Origin: Gammaproteobacteria bacterium
GTDB taxonomy: Bacteria > Pseudomonadota > Gammaproteobacteria > Steroidobacterales > Steroidobacteraceae
Length of the DNA: 64,000 bases
NCBI GenBank assembly: GCA_027324195.1
Contig: DAHVTM010000013.1
Span: 6,950 to 70,949, forward strand
Direction: 5' to 3'
The notes under the pieces are model-generated. The model was not told where the DNA came from, searched no databases, and saw only the letters and a program-made list of their open reading frames with translations. Shown here in pieces: positions 53,395 to 62,102 of this stretch (its first letter is position 1; each line of letters opens with the position of its first letter). The position numbers and the translations under genes are program-made.

Positions 53395-54774
53395 ATGCGG
53401 CGGCATTTTTACTTCTTCACCCCGAATGATCGGGATGTCCGCCCGGCGGGCCTGCGGGCCATCGGCTGGTTCTGCGCCCTGGGCGCGATGGCTGTGCTGG
53501 CGCTAGTGCCCGCACGAGCCTTCGCCCAGACCCGCAATCTGTCCACCCAGGGCCAGCTGCTCGACCGGATCGCCGCGATCGTCAACAACGGCGTAGTGCT
53601 GCAGAGCCAGCTCGATGAGCGGGTGCGCCAGGTCGTCGCGCAGCTGAAGGCACAGGGCCTGACGCCGCCACCGCAGAGCGTTCTGCGCAAGCAGGTGCTC
53701 AACAGCCTGATCCTCGAGCAGGTGCAGTTGCAGCAGGCGCACCAGGACGGCATCACCATCTCAGACGATACGTTGAACGCTGCACTGCAAAGCGTAGCGG
53801 CGCGCAACGGCATCCCGTTCGCGGACCTGCCCACCGCGCTCGCGCAGCAGGGCATCAACTACGCCAACTACCGCGACGAGATGCGCGATCAGCTGATTAT
53901 CGGCCTGCTGCGCGAGCGCGACGTGCTGCAGCGCATCGTGGTCACGCCGCGGCAGATCGATCAGTTCCTCGCGCGCGAGGCCAAACAGCCCTCCGCCGGG
54001 GAGGAGTACAACGTCTCGCACATCCTGATCGCCGTCCCGCCCAATGCCACGCCGGCCGAGCTCACGGCGGCGCGCAAGCTGGCCGACAAAGTCGACGCGC
54101 TCGCCCGTGAGGGGAAGAACTTCGCCAAGCTCGCGGTCACTTACTCCAATAGCGGCGATGCCCTCAAGGGCGGCAAGCTCGGCTGGCGCAAGGGCGTCGA
54201 TCTGCCGACGTTCCTCACCAACGTCGTACCGAAACTGCAGCCCGGGCAGGTGAGCGCACCGATCCGCACGCCCTCTGGCTTTCACATCGTCAAGCTGAAC
54301 CAGGTACGTCGCCAGCAGCACCAAGACATCGTCAATCAGGTACACGTGCGGCACATCCTGCTCATTCCGAACGCGCTGCAGGACAACGCCACCGTACGGC
54401 AGCGCCTGGAGAAGATTCGCAAGGAAATCCTCGCCGGCAAGGTGAAATTCTCCGTGATCGCCGCGTCGGTCTCGCAGGACCCGGGCTCGGCCTCGCGCGG
54501 CGGCAATCTCGGCTGGCAGAGCCCGAGCGAGTTCACGCACCGCTTTGCCGCGGCGATCACCAAACTCAAGGTCGGCCAGATCAGTCAGCCGTTCCAGACC
54601 CGCTATGGCTGGCACATCGTGCAACTGCTCGGCCGGCGCAAATTTGACGAGACCCAGGAGATGAAGCGCCTGCACGCCATGGAGGCGATCCGCGCCAGCC
54701 GGGCCGATGAGGATGCCGAGCTGTGGCTGCAGCGGCTGCGCGACGATGCGTACGTGAAGATTCTGAGCGACTGA
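53395..54774 (+). CDS. surA: Periplasmic chaperone SurA (two parvulin domains)
   Basis: 459 aa. Signal peptide. Two PPIase blocks: HILIAV...GFHIVKL and HILLIP...GWHIVQLL. Confidence 0.92.
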   Translation: MRRHFYFFTPNDRDVRPAGLRAIGWFCALGAMAVLALVPARAFAQTRNLSTQGQLLDRIAAIVNNGVVLQSQLDERVRQVVAQLKAQGLTPPPQSVLRKQVLNSLILEQVQLQQAHQDGITISDDTLNAALQSVAARNGIPFADLPTALAQQGINYANYRDEMRDQLIIGLLRERDVLQRIVVTPRQIDQFLAREAKQPSAGEEYNVSHILIAVPPNATPAELTAARKLADKVDALAREGKNFAKLAVTYSNSGDALKGGKLGWRKGVDLPTFLTNVVPKLQPGQVSAPIRTPSGFHIVKLNQVRRQQHQDIVNQVHVRHILLIPNALQDNATVRQRLEKIRKEILAGKVKFSVIAASVSQDPGSASRGGNLGWQSPSEFTHRFAAAITKLKVGQISQPFQTRYGWHIVQLLGRRKFDETQEMKRLHAMEAIRASRADEDAELWLQRLRDDAYVKILSD

Positions 54775-54787
54775 CCGGGCCGCGCCC

Positions 54788-55762
54788 ATGCCGCCGCGGA
54801 TCGTGCTGACCTCGGGTGAGCCGGCGGGTGTCGGCCCGGAGCTGTGCCTGGCCATTGCGGCACGGCCGCTCGAGTGCGAACTGGTGTGTCTGGCCGACCG
54901 GACGCTGCTCGCCGAGCGCGCCGAAGCGCTGGCGCTGCGCGTGCGGCTGCGCGAGTACCGCGCGCAGGGGCCATGCCCGCATGAGCCCGGCTCACTCACC
55001 GTCGAGCATCATGCGCTGGCAGTGCCGAGCGTGCCGGGCCGGCTCGATGTGCGCAATGCGCGCTACGTGACCGCCCTGCTCGAGCGCGCCTGTGCGGGCG
55101 CGCGGGCCGGAGAGTTCGCCGCCATAGTGACCGCCCCGGTACACAAAGGCGTCATCAACGATGCCGGCATGCCCTTTACTGGTCATACGGAATTCTTTGC
55201 CGAGCGCACTGACGCCTCGCCCGTCATGATGCTCACCACCGGCACGCTGCGCGTCGCGCTCGCCACGACCCACCTGCCGCTGGCTCGGGTGAGCGGTGCG
55301 ATCACGCGCGACTCGCTGTGCCAAACGACAACGATTCTCGATCGGGACCTGAAGCGCTGGTGGGGCATCACGCACCCGCGTATCGCCCTGTGCGGCCTCA
55401 ACCCCCACGCGGGCGAGGGCGGACATCTCGGCGATGAGGAAATCCGCGTCATCGCACCGGCGATTCAGATGCTGCGCGCGCGCGGCGTTGATGTCACCGG
55501 ACCGCTGCCGGCCGACACGGTCTTCGTCCCCCGCGTGCTTGCCGGCTTCGATGCGGTGCTCGCGATGTATCACGACCAGGGTCTGCCGGTGGTCAAGCAC
55601 GCCGGGTTCGATAGCGCGGTCAACGTGACCCTCGGCCTGCCGATTCTGCGCACTTCGGTCGATCACGGCACGGCCCTCGAGCTGGCCGGCACGGGCCGCG
55701 CCGAGTCCGGCAGTCTGCTCGCGGCGCTCGAGCTGGCCCTCACCCTCGCCCGCCGCGCGTGA
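54788..55762 (+). CDS. pdxA: 4-hydroxythreonine-4-phosphate dehydrogenase
   Basis: 324 aa; [13 protein letters not shown] and [11 protein letters not shown]. Confidence 0.93.
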   Translation: MPPRIVLTSGEPAGVGPELCLAIAARPLECELVCLADRTLLAERAEALALRVRLREYRAQGPCPHEPGSLTVEHHALAVPSVPGRLDVRNARYVTALLERACAGARAGEFAAIVTAPVHKGVINDAGMPFTGHTEFFAERTDASPVMMLTTGTLRVALATTHLPLARVSGAITRDSLCQTTTILDRDLKRWWGITHPRIALCGLNPHAGEGGHLGDEEIRVIAPAIQMLRARGVDVTGPLPADTVFVPRVLAGFDAVLAMYHDQGLPVVKHAGFDSAVNVTLGLPILRTSVDHGTALELAGTGRAESGSLLAALELALTLARRA

Positions 55763-56580
55763 GGGACCGCTCGGGGCAAGCGCACGATCGTGCCACGCCG
55801 CTGCCGCGTGCCCGCAAACGGTTCGGACAGCATTTCCTACACGATCCGGCGGTCCTCGAGCGGATCCTCGCCGCCCTCGCGCCGCGCCCCGAGGATGCGC
55901 TGCTCGAGATCGGTCCAGGGCGCGGGGCACTCAGCGAGTATCTGCTGCAGTCGGCGTGTCGGACGCTCGATGCCGTGGAGATCGACCGCACCCTCGCCGG
56001 GTGGCTGCGCGAGCGCTTCGCCGCCGAGCCGCGCTTCACGCTGCACGAGGCAGACGCACTGCGCTTTGACGTTGCGGCATTGGCCGCTGCGCGCGGGCGG
56101 CTGCGCGTGATCGGCAATCTGCCCTACAACATCTCCACGCCGCTGCTCTTTCACTTACTCGAGAGCGCCGCCGCCATCATCGACATGCACGTGATGCTGC
56201 AGCGCGAGGTGATCGAGCGGATGGCGGCGGCGCCAGGGGAGTCCGCCTACGGACGCTTGACCGTGATGCTCGCCCCGTGGGTTAGCGTCGAGCCGCTGTT
56301 CGAGGTCGGGCCCGGGGCATTCCAGCCGCCCCCGCGGGTCTGGTCCGCCGTGGCCCGCCTCACGGTGCTGCCGGTGCCGCGCTTTGCAGTGCATCCGCGC
56401 TATGGCGCTGTGGTCAGCGCAGCCTTTTCCCATCGGCGCAAGACCGTCCGCAATGCGCTGCGCGGGCTGGTCACGACAGCGCAGTTGCAGCAGTGCGGTG
56501 TCGATCCGGGGGCCCGGCCCGAGACACTGGCCCCACAGACCTTCAATGCTCTCGCCGAGCTGTCGAACGGCGCGGATTGA
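55759..56580 (+). CDS. rsmA: 16S rRNA (adenine1518/1519-N6)-dimethyltransferase
   Basis: [10 protein letters not shown] and [12 protein letters not shown]. The GTG start forms GTGA with the pdxA stop. Confidence 0.93.
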   Translation: MRDRSGQAHDRATPLPRARKRFGQHFLHDPAVLERILAALAPRPEDALLEIGPGRGALSEYLLQSACRTLDAVEIDRTLAGWLRERFAAEPRFTLHEADALRFDVAALAAARGRLRVIGNLPYNISTPLLFHLLESAAAIIDMHVMLQREVIERMAAAPGESAYGRLTVMLAPWVSVEPLFEVGPGAFQPPPRVWSAVARLTVLPVPRFAVHPRYGAVVSAAFSHRRKTVRNALRGLVTTAQLQQCGVDPGARPETLAPQTFNALAELSNGAD

Positions 56581-56594
56581 GCTAGGCTGTGAAT

Positions 56595-57056
56595 ATGAAC
56601 GGCGACGCCTACCAGCGCATCCTTGCGGTGCTTGACCTCAGTGCGGACAGCCTGCAGATCGGACAGCAGGCGGCCAGCCTCGCCCGGCGGCTGGGCGCGG
56701 AAATCGAACTGCTGCACGTGGTGGAGTTTCTGCCCGTCGAACCGATGGCCGAGACGCTCATGGCCGCGGTGCGCATCGAGGACGAGCTGCTCGAGCAGGC
56801 GCGCACGCGCCTGGCGGAGCTCGCCGGGCGACTCGGACTCGCTGCGGCCCCCTGCTGGGTCGAAACCGGCAACGTCAAGGCCGAAATCGTGCGCATCGCC
56901 CGCAAGCGCCAGGCGGATCTGATCGTGCTCGGCAGCCGTGAACGACACGGCATGTCGATTCTGGTGAACCTCACCGAAGATACGGTGCTGCACGCTGCGC
57001 CCTGCGACGTACTCGCCGTGCGCGTGCGGCGCGGCAACGCTGCGCCGCAGGACTGA
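56595..57056 (+). CDS. Universal stress protein (UspA family)
   Basis: ILAVLDLS...ADLIVLGSRERHG...LGSTAE-like end (TEDTVLHAAPCDVLAV). Confidence 0.8.
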   Translation: MNGDAYQRILAVLDLSADSLQIGQQAASLARRLGAEIELLHVVEFLPVEPMAETLMAAVRIEDELLEQARTRLAELAGRLGLAAAPCWVETGNVKAEIVRIARKRQADLIVLGSRERHGMSILVNLTEDTVLHAAPCDVLAVRVRRGNAAPQD

Positions 57057-57108
57057 ATCTGCGCCGAGGCGCGTCGCCGGGTCGGCCGCGTCCCGGTAAA
57101 ATGTCCCC

Positions 57109-57486
57109 ATGAGCGTGTCGCACAAAATCCGCATCGAGGTCGAAACCAGCTACCTAGGTGAGCAATCCGAGCCGCGCGAGCAGCGCTACGTATTCGCTTA
57201 CACGATCACGATTCGCAACGAAGGCGGGCTGCCGGCCACGCTCCTCACCCGGCACTGGATCATCACGGACGCCAATGGCGGCGTGAAGGAGGTCCGCGGC
57301 GACGGCGTCGTCGGCGAGCAGCCGCGGCTCGAACCCGGGCAAGGCTTCCGCTACTCGAGCGGCGCGGTGCTCGAAACCCCGGTCGGCACGATGCAGGGCA
57401 GCTACCAGATGATCGACGCCGATGGGCAGCGCTTCGATGCGCCCATTGCGCCGTTTCGCCTCGCCATGCCCGGGATCCTGCATTGA
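57109..57486 (+). CDS. apaG: ApaG (DUF525) protein
   Basis: 125 aa; [13 protein letters not shown]...[13 protein letters not shown]...G.GVVGEQP. Confidence 0.93.
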   Translation: MSVSHKIRIEVETSYLGEQSEPREQRYVFAYTITIRNEGGLPATLLTRHWIITDANGGVKEVRGDGVVGEQPRLEPGQGFRYSSGAVLETPVGTMQGSYQMIDADGQRFDAPIAPFRLAMPGILH

Positions 57487-58304
57487 GCCGCTTCGCCATC
57501 GGCGATGTGCAGGGCTGTTATGAGGAACTGCGCGCGCTGCTGAAGCGCCTGCGGTTCTCGGCCGATCGGGACCGGCTCTGGTTCGTCGGCGATCTGGTCA
57601 ATCGCGGTCCGCGCTCACTCGAGGTGCTGCGCCTCGTGCGCGACCTCGGAGCGAACGCCGAGACGGTGCTCGGCAACCACGATCTGCACCTGCTCGCGGT
57701 GGCGAGCGGTCACCGCGCGGCGCGCCGGTCAGACACGCTGGATGCGGTGCTCGCGGCAAAGGACCGCGAGCGCCTGATCGAGTGGCTGAGCGGACGGCCG
57801 CTGGCGCACTTCGAAGCCGGCGATCTGATGGTGCATGCCGGCATCGTGCCGCAGTGGAGTGCCGCTGCGACGCTCGCGCATGCCCGCGAAGTCGAGTCGC
57901 AGCTCGCCACCGGCCGAGCCGAGCTGTTCGAGCACATGTACGGCGACCAGCCCGATCGCTGGTCAGAGCAGCTCACCGGCATGGACCGCCTTCGCTTCAC
58001 GATCAACGTGCTCACTCGCATGCGCCTGTGCACGCGCGACGGACGGATCAACCTCGCACTCAAGGGCAAGCCGCCGGCCGAGCCGGACTCGCCCTGGCGG
58101 CCCTGGTTCGAGGCCGACGAGCGCCTCAGCGCCGAGGTGCGCGTCGTGTTCGGACACTGGTCTGCACTCGGTCTGGTGCTGCGCGAGCGACTCGCCGGAC
58201 TCGATACCGGTTGTGTCTGGGGCGGGGCATTGAGTGCGCTCGATCTGGATACCGGCCTCATCACCGCGGTGCCCTCGCGCGGCTATCAGTCCCTGGATAC
58301 CTGA
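57483..58304 (+). CDS. apaH: Bis(5'-nucleosyl)-tetraphosphatase, symmetrical
   Basis: [13 protein letters not shown] and [11 protein letters not shown] start overlapping the apaG stop (TTGA). Confidence 0.92.
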   Translation: MSRFAIGDVQGCYEELRALLKRLRFSADRDRLWFVGDLVNRGPRSLEVLRLVRDLGANAETVLGNHDLHLLAVASGHRAARRSDTLDAVLAAKDRERLIEWLSGRPLAHFEAGDLMVHAGIVPQWSAAATLAHAREVESQLATGRAELFEHMYGDQPDRWSEQLTGMDRLRFTINVLTRMRLCTRDGRINLALKGKPPAEPDSPWRPWFEADERLSAEVRVVFGHWSALGLVLRERLAGLDTGCVWGGALSALDLDTGLITAVPSRGYQSLDT

Positions 58305-58315
58305 GGAGATCCGCC

Positions 58316-58825
58316 ATGGATGCCCTGCAAGCGCTCAATTTCCAACAGTGGATCGACCGCAACCGACACCTGCTGAAGCCGCCGGTCGGCAACCGACGCG
58401 TATTCGCCGACGGCGATTTCATCATCATGGTCGTCGGCGGCCCCAACACCCGCCAGGACTACCACGTCGATCCGGGTCAGGAATTGTTCTATCAACTCGA
58501 GGGAGACATCGTGCTGAAGACCATGCAGGACGGCCGCCCGGTCGAGATCCCGATCCGGGCCGGCGAGATGCTGCTGCTGCCGGCGCTGCTGCCGCATTCC
58601 CCACAGCGGCCGGCCGAAACGCTCGGACTGGTCATCGAGCGCCAACGCCGTCCCGGCGAGCGTGACGGGTTCCAGTGGTATTGCCCGAGCTGCGCCGCGC
58701 TGCTGCACGAGACATTCATCGAACTGACCGACATCGAGGCGCAGTTGCCGCCGGTGTTCGAGCGCTTCTATGCCAACCGCGCGGCGCGCACCTGCAAACG
58801 CTGCGGCACGGTGCTCGAGCGCTGA
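58316..58825 (+). CDS. nbaC: 3-hydroxyanthranilate 3,4-dioxygenase (cupin)
   Basis: 169 aa from ATG 58316. NFQQWIDRNRHLLKPPVGN...RQDYHVDPGQELFYQLEGD...LLLPALLPHSPQR. C-terminal rubredoxin-like CPSC...CKRC. Confidence 0.8.
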   Translation: MDALQALNFQQWIDRNRHLLKPPVGNRRVFADGDFIIMVVGGPNTRQDYHVDPGQELFYQLEGDIVLKTMQDGRPVEIPIRAGEMLLLPALLPHSPQRPAETLGLVIERQRRPGERDGFQWYCPSCAALLHETFIELTDIEAQLPPVFERFYANRAARTCKRCGTVLER

Positions 58826-58916
58826 GGGCGCCGAGCGGTCCAACTTCCATCGCCACCGCCAATTCCTTACACTGCGCAACGGGCGGCCGCACCGGCCGCA
58901 TGCGGCGGAGACTCCG

Positions 58917-60680
58917 ATGGCCCGCGCCTTTGTACTGCGGCTCGTGCTCACCGCACTGGCCTTCGGTTGCGCCGTGTCGTCCGCATTGCAGGTGTCCGGC
59001 GTAATCGCCGGCAGCCATTTTCCGCTCCAGCTCACCCATCGCCGCACCGAGCTCTATCAGGTCAAGCCGCTGGCGCAACGGCCCCTGCCGGCGCCGCTGC
59101 ACGCCGGGGACCTCATCGACGTGCGGCAACTGTCGCCCGCCGCCCGTGCGGTACTGTTCAGCGGACATGACGTGCCACCCGGCACGCGGTTGAGCATTCC
59201 GGTGCTGCGCGCGGGCCGGCCACTCACGCTGTCGGTCCCAGCCGTGCCGGACAGCGCGAGCACGCTGGCTCGCCTGCAATCGGTGTTCTTTTTGTTGGCC
59301 ACACTGCTGATCTCGCTGCTGACGCTGTGGCGCGGCCGGGACTGGGCCGCCTGGGGGCTTGCGGCGCTGTTCCTGGCGCTGTTCGTCAAATGGGGCATCC
59401 TCGACGTGCCGGCGGCCCCGCCGCAGGTGCTCTGGATGAATCAGCTGAGCGTGCTGCTGCGGATCGTCGTCGATTTTCCGGCGCTCTTCGTGGTCGCAGA
59501 CGCCCTGGTGGGCGCGAGCCTGCCCGCCCGCTGGCGGCGCCGCTCGCGGCTCACGATGAGTGCCGTGACCCTCGGCATTCTGGTGCTGGTCGAGTTGCAG
59601 ATCATCCCGCTGTTCAACCTGGGCCGCGATCTGATCGGCAGCGGCGCAACGGTCGTGATCAAAATGCTGTTCGTGTGCGGCATGCTCACCATCCTGTTGA
59701 TGTTGGGCGCAGGCTATCGCCATGCGCCGCACGAGCAGCGGCTGCGCGTGCGTTGGGTGCTCTGGAGCACCGCGGTTCTGATTGCGAGCAACATCCTGCT
59801 GCTGGCGCTGCCGTCGGCTCGCTATCCGTACGTGACGCAGCTCTCCACGGCGCTGCAGACGCTGGCCTTGATAGGCTATCTGTATGCGGTCCTGCGCACT
59901 CGGCTGATCGATGTCGGGTTCGTCATTGATCGGGCACTCGTGTTCGGTCTGCTCACGGCTCTGGTGTTCGGTACGTTCTCGATTCTCGAGCAGGCGCTCC
60001 ACCAGTTTGCGATCAGCGACCGGGTCGGCTGGGCGCTGCAGGCCGTGGCGGCGCTGGTGCTCGCGCTGGTGCTGAGCCCGCTGCACCGCCGCCTGGAAAG
60101 CTGGATCGAGCGGGCGTTCTTCCGTGCCCAGCGCCTGGCGCTGCTCGCCCTGGAGCGCTTCGCGCGTGAATGCCCGTATGTCGAGCACGAGACGCACCTG
60201 CTCGAGATGGCGATCGAGCAGCTGCATCGCCAATGCGGCGCCGTCTCGCTCTACGAGCGCGTCGGGGACGGCTATCGCCGGCGCGCCGCGAGCGATGAGT
60301 CCTGGCCGGCCGGAATCGACGTGGACGATCCGGTATTCGTCGCGCTGCGCGCCACGCATGCGCCGGTGGCGCTCGCGGCACAGGGCAATCGCGTCGGCAC
60401 CGAAGGGATGGCGTTCCCCATGACCGTGGCGGAGTCATTGCTCGGGGCGCTCATCTGCCGTCCGCGCGACGGCGAGCAGTTCGCGCCGGAGGTGCGCGAG
60501 GCGCTCGCCAACGTGGCACACCATCTGGGCATGGCCATCACCGGTTTGCGCCATCGCGAGCACGCACGCCTGGTGGCAGACGTCGCTGCCGGCCGCATTG
60601 ACCCCGAGGCGGCCCGCAGCCGGGCCATCGCCCTGGTGGGCGGGGAGCCGTCGGCCGTAAGCCTCGGCGCCGCGCGGTGA
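58917..60680 (+). CDS. Membrane protein: signal/periplasmic segment, about 8 TM, C-terminal GAF-like domain (putative sensor)
   Basis: 587 aa from ATG 58917. It has multiple hydrophobic helices between aa ~130 and ~400. The cytoplasmic C-terminal ~180 aa look GAF-like (weak, by eye). Confidence 0.5.
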   Translation: MARAFVLRLVLTALAFGCAVSSALQVSGVIAGSHFPLQLTHRRTELYQVKPLAQRPLPAPLHAGDLIDVRQLSPAARAVLFSGHDVPPGTRLSIPVLRAGRPLTLSVPAVPDSASTLARLQSVFFLLATLLISLLTLWRGRDWAAWGLAALFLALFVKWGILDVPAAPPQVLWMNQLSVLLRIVVDFPALFVVADALVGASLPARWRRRSRLTMSAVTLGILVLVELQIIPLFNLGRDLIGSGATVVIKMLFVCGMLTILLMLGAGYRHAPHEQRLRVRWVLWSTAVLIASNILLLALPSARYPYVTQLSTALQTLALIGYLYAVLRTRLIDVGFVIDRALVFGLLTALVFGTFSILEQALHQFAISDRVGWALQAVAALVLALVLSPLHRRLESWIERAFFRAQRLALLALERFARECPYVEHETHLLEMAIEQLHRQCGAVSLYERVGDGYRRRAASDESWPAGIDVDDPVFVALRATHAPVALAAQGNRVGTEGMAFPMTVAESLLGALICRPRDGEQFAPEVREALANVAHHLGMAITGLRHREHARLVADVAAGRIDPEAARSRAIALVGGEPSAVSLGAAR

Positions 60681-60699
60681 GGCTCGCCCGAGCGCCGGT

Positions 60700-61100
60700 C
60701 CGGCCAACGAAAACTCGAATCGCTCGCACCGCGCGCCAGCGGCCCGCACCCACGAGACATGACGGGCATCGATCGTGAGAAACCCTGTCTGCCGCTGAGG
60801 TAGCCCCCGCCGACAAATGCCCCGCAGTCGAGCGCCGCCACGCAGCCGCAGTGCTCGGGATCGCGCACTGAGGCGTAGCGGATCATCTGCACGCTGGCCT
60901 GCCGCGTGCTACGGGCGAGGCGCTGATACGCACGGTACTCGTCAGGATCACTCCAGAGCACGCGGTCGCGTACGAACGGCGCCAGAGGCAGATCCAGCGC
61001 GTCGCCCGCGACCCGAGCCTGAAACACCGTATGGGGCACTGCATCGAGCCGGGTCAGGCCGCAGCTGTCACGCACGAAACGCCAGCGCCCGTAACCGAGC
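60700..61100 (-). pseudogene. RES-domain toxin remnant (N-terminal third missing, frameshifted near 3' end, no proper stop)
   Basis: The minus frame reads AELGYGRWRFVRDSCGLTRLDAVPHTVFQARVAGDALDLPLAPFVRDRVLWSDPDEYRAYQRLARSTRQASVQMIRYASVRDPEHCGCVAAL. That is the C-terminal two thirds of DUF2384-associated RES toxins. Homology then continues in another frame (LTIDARHVSWVRAAG..ERFEF). Both frames read on into the convergent gene. Confidence 0.5.
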
Positions 61101-61394
61101 TCTGCACAACGGGTGCGCCTCGAGCGCAGCGCTGACCGCGTGCAGCCAGGCACGCATCGCTCCGGTGATCGCCGCCAGCAAACGGTGCAAGCGCACGAAG
61201 GCCACCGCGAGCTCCCAGGTCCTGCCGCCTTCGGCAAGCGGCCCGCTGCCGCAGGGCCATGGTGCGACGGTCGCGCCACTCACCCCCAGTACCCGCGCCA
61301 GCTGGCGCTGGGGCAGATCGAGCTGCTCGGCGGCACGGCGAGTCGCTCGGGGAAGCACTGCCGCGGCGCGCGGATGTCGAATGGCCTGAGCCAC
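61068..61394 (-). pseudogene. Xre/MbcA/ParS-type (DUF2384) antitoxin, C-terminally disrupted
   Basis: GTG 61394. AAEQLDLPQRQLARVLGVSGATV...ELAVAFVRLHRLLAAITG..AMRAWLHAV. The usual ending (N.ALGG.P..L....GL..V..YL) is missing, and the sequence runs straight into mid-toxin sequence. Confidence 0.5.
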
Positions 61395-61477
61395 AGGGGC
61401 GATTTTCCTGGGGAGACTCTATTAGCGCAGTGCATTTCTATTGCAATTCATCTGCGGCAGGCCGCGGCGGTCGGCGC

Positions 61478-62002
61478 TCAGCGCGCCGGCGCCTCTGCGG
61501 CCGGTGTCGTATCGGGGATGCCGATCCGATGCGTCGACTTCACTTCCTCCATGACGAAATAACTGTGCGTCTGTTGCACGCCACGGATGCCGGCAATGGT
61601 TTCTCCGAGCAGCGTGCGGTAACGCTCCATGTCCCTGACGCGCACCTTCAGCAGGTAATCGAACCCGCCGGCCACCATGTGGCATTCCATGATCTCGTCG
61701 CGGTCGGCCACCATCGCCTTGAAGCGCTCGAACGCCTCCGGCGTCGTCCGGTCGAGCGTCACTTCCACGTAAACCAGCAACCCCAGACCCAGCCGGCGTG
61801 CGTTCAGGTGCGCGAAATACCCGTTGATGAACCCCGCGGCCTCGAGGCGTCGAATGCGTTCGAGGGTTGGCGTAACCGTGAGGTTGACCTCGCGCGCGAG
61901 CTGGGAGACCGCAATGCGCCCGTCCTGCTGCAGTCGGAACAGCAACTTCCGGTCGATCCGGTCGAGGGATCGCGGCCCCGTGGAAGCGGTTTTTTGTCTC
62001 AT
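61478..62002 (-). CDS. putR: Lrp/AsnC-family transcriptional regulator (PutR-like, divergent from putA)
   Basis: 174 aa; LDRIDRKLLFRLQQDGRIAVSQLAREVNLTVTPTLERIRRLEAAGFI, then a RAM domain. Confidence 0.8.
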   Translation of the reverse strand: MRQKTASTGPRSLDRIDRKLLFRLQQDGRIAVSQLAREVNLTVTPTLERIRRLEAAGFINGYFAHLNARRLGLGLLVYVEVTLDRTTPEAFERFKAMVADRDEIMECHMVAGGFDYLLKVRVRDMERYRTLLGETIAGIRGVQQTHSYFVMEEVKSTHRIGIPDTTPAAEAPAR

Positions 62003-62051
62003 ATGCAGTTAATTTTACTTCTATTACGCCAAAAATATAAAAATATTCTCT

Positions 62052-62065
62052 GTATCCGCGGATAC
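62052..62065. promoter_or_regulatory. Perfect 14-bp palindrome GTATCCGCGGATAC in the AT-rich putR-putA intergenic region (candidate operator)
   Basis: Read directly. It is flanked by an A/T-rich promoter-like sequence. Confidence 0.35.
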
Positions 62066-62102
62066 GATAAGAACATTCATCTATCTCCGTGTGTATGCAC
62101 CC

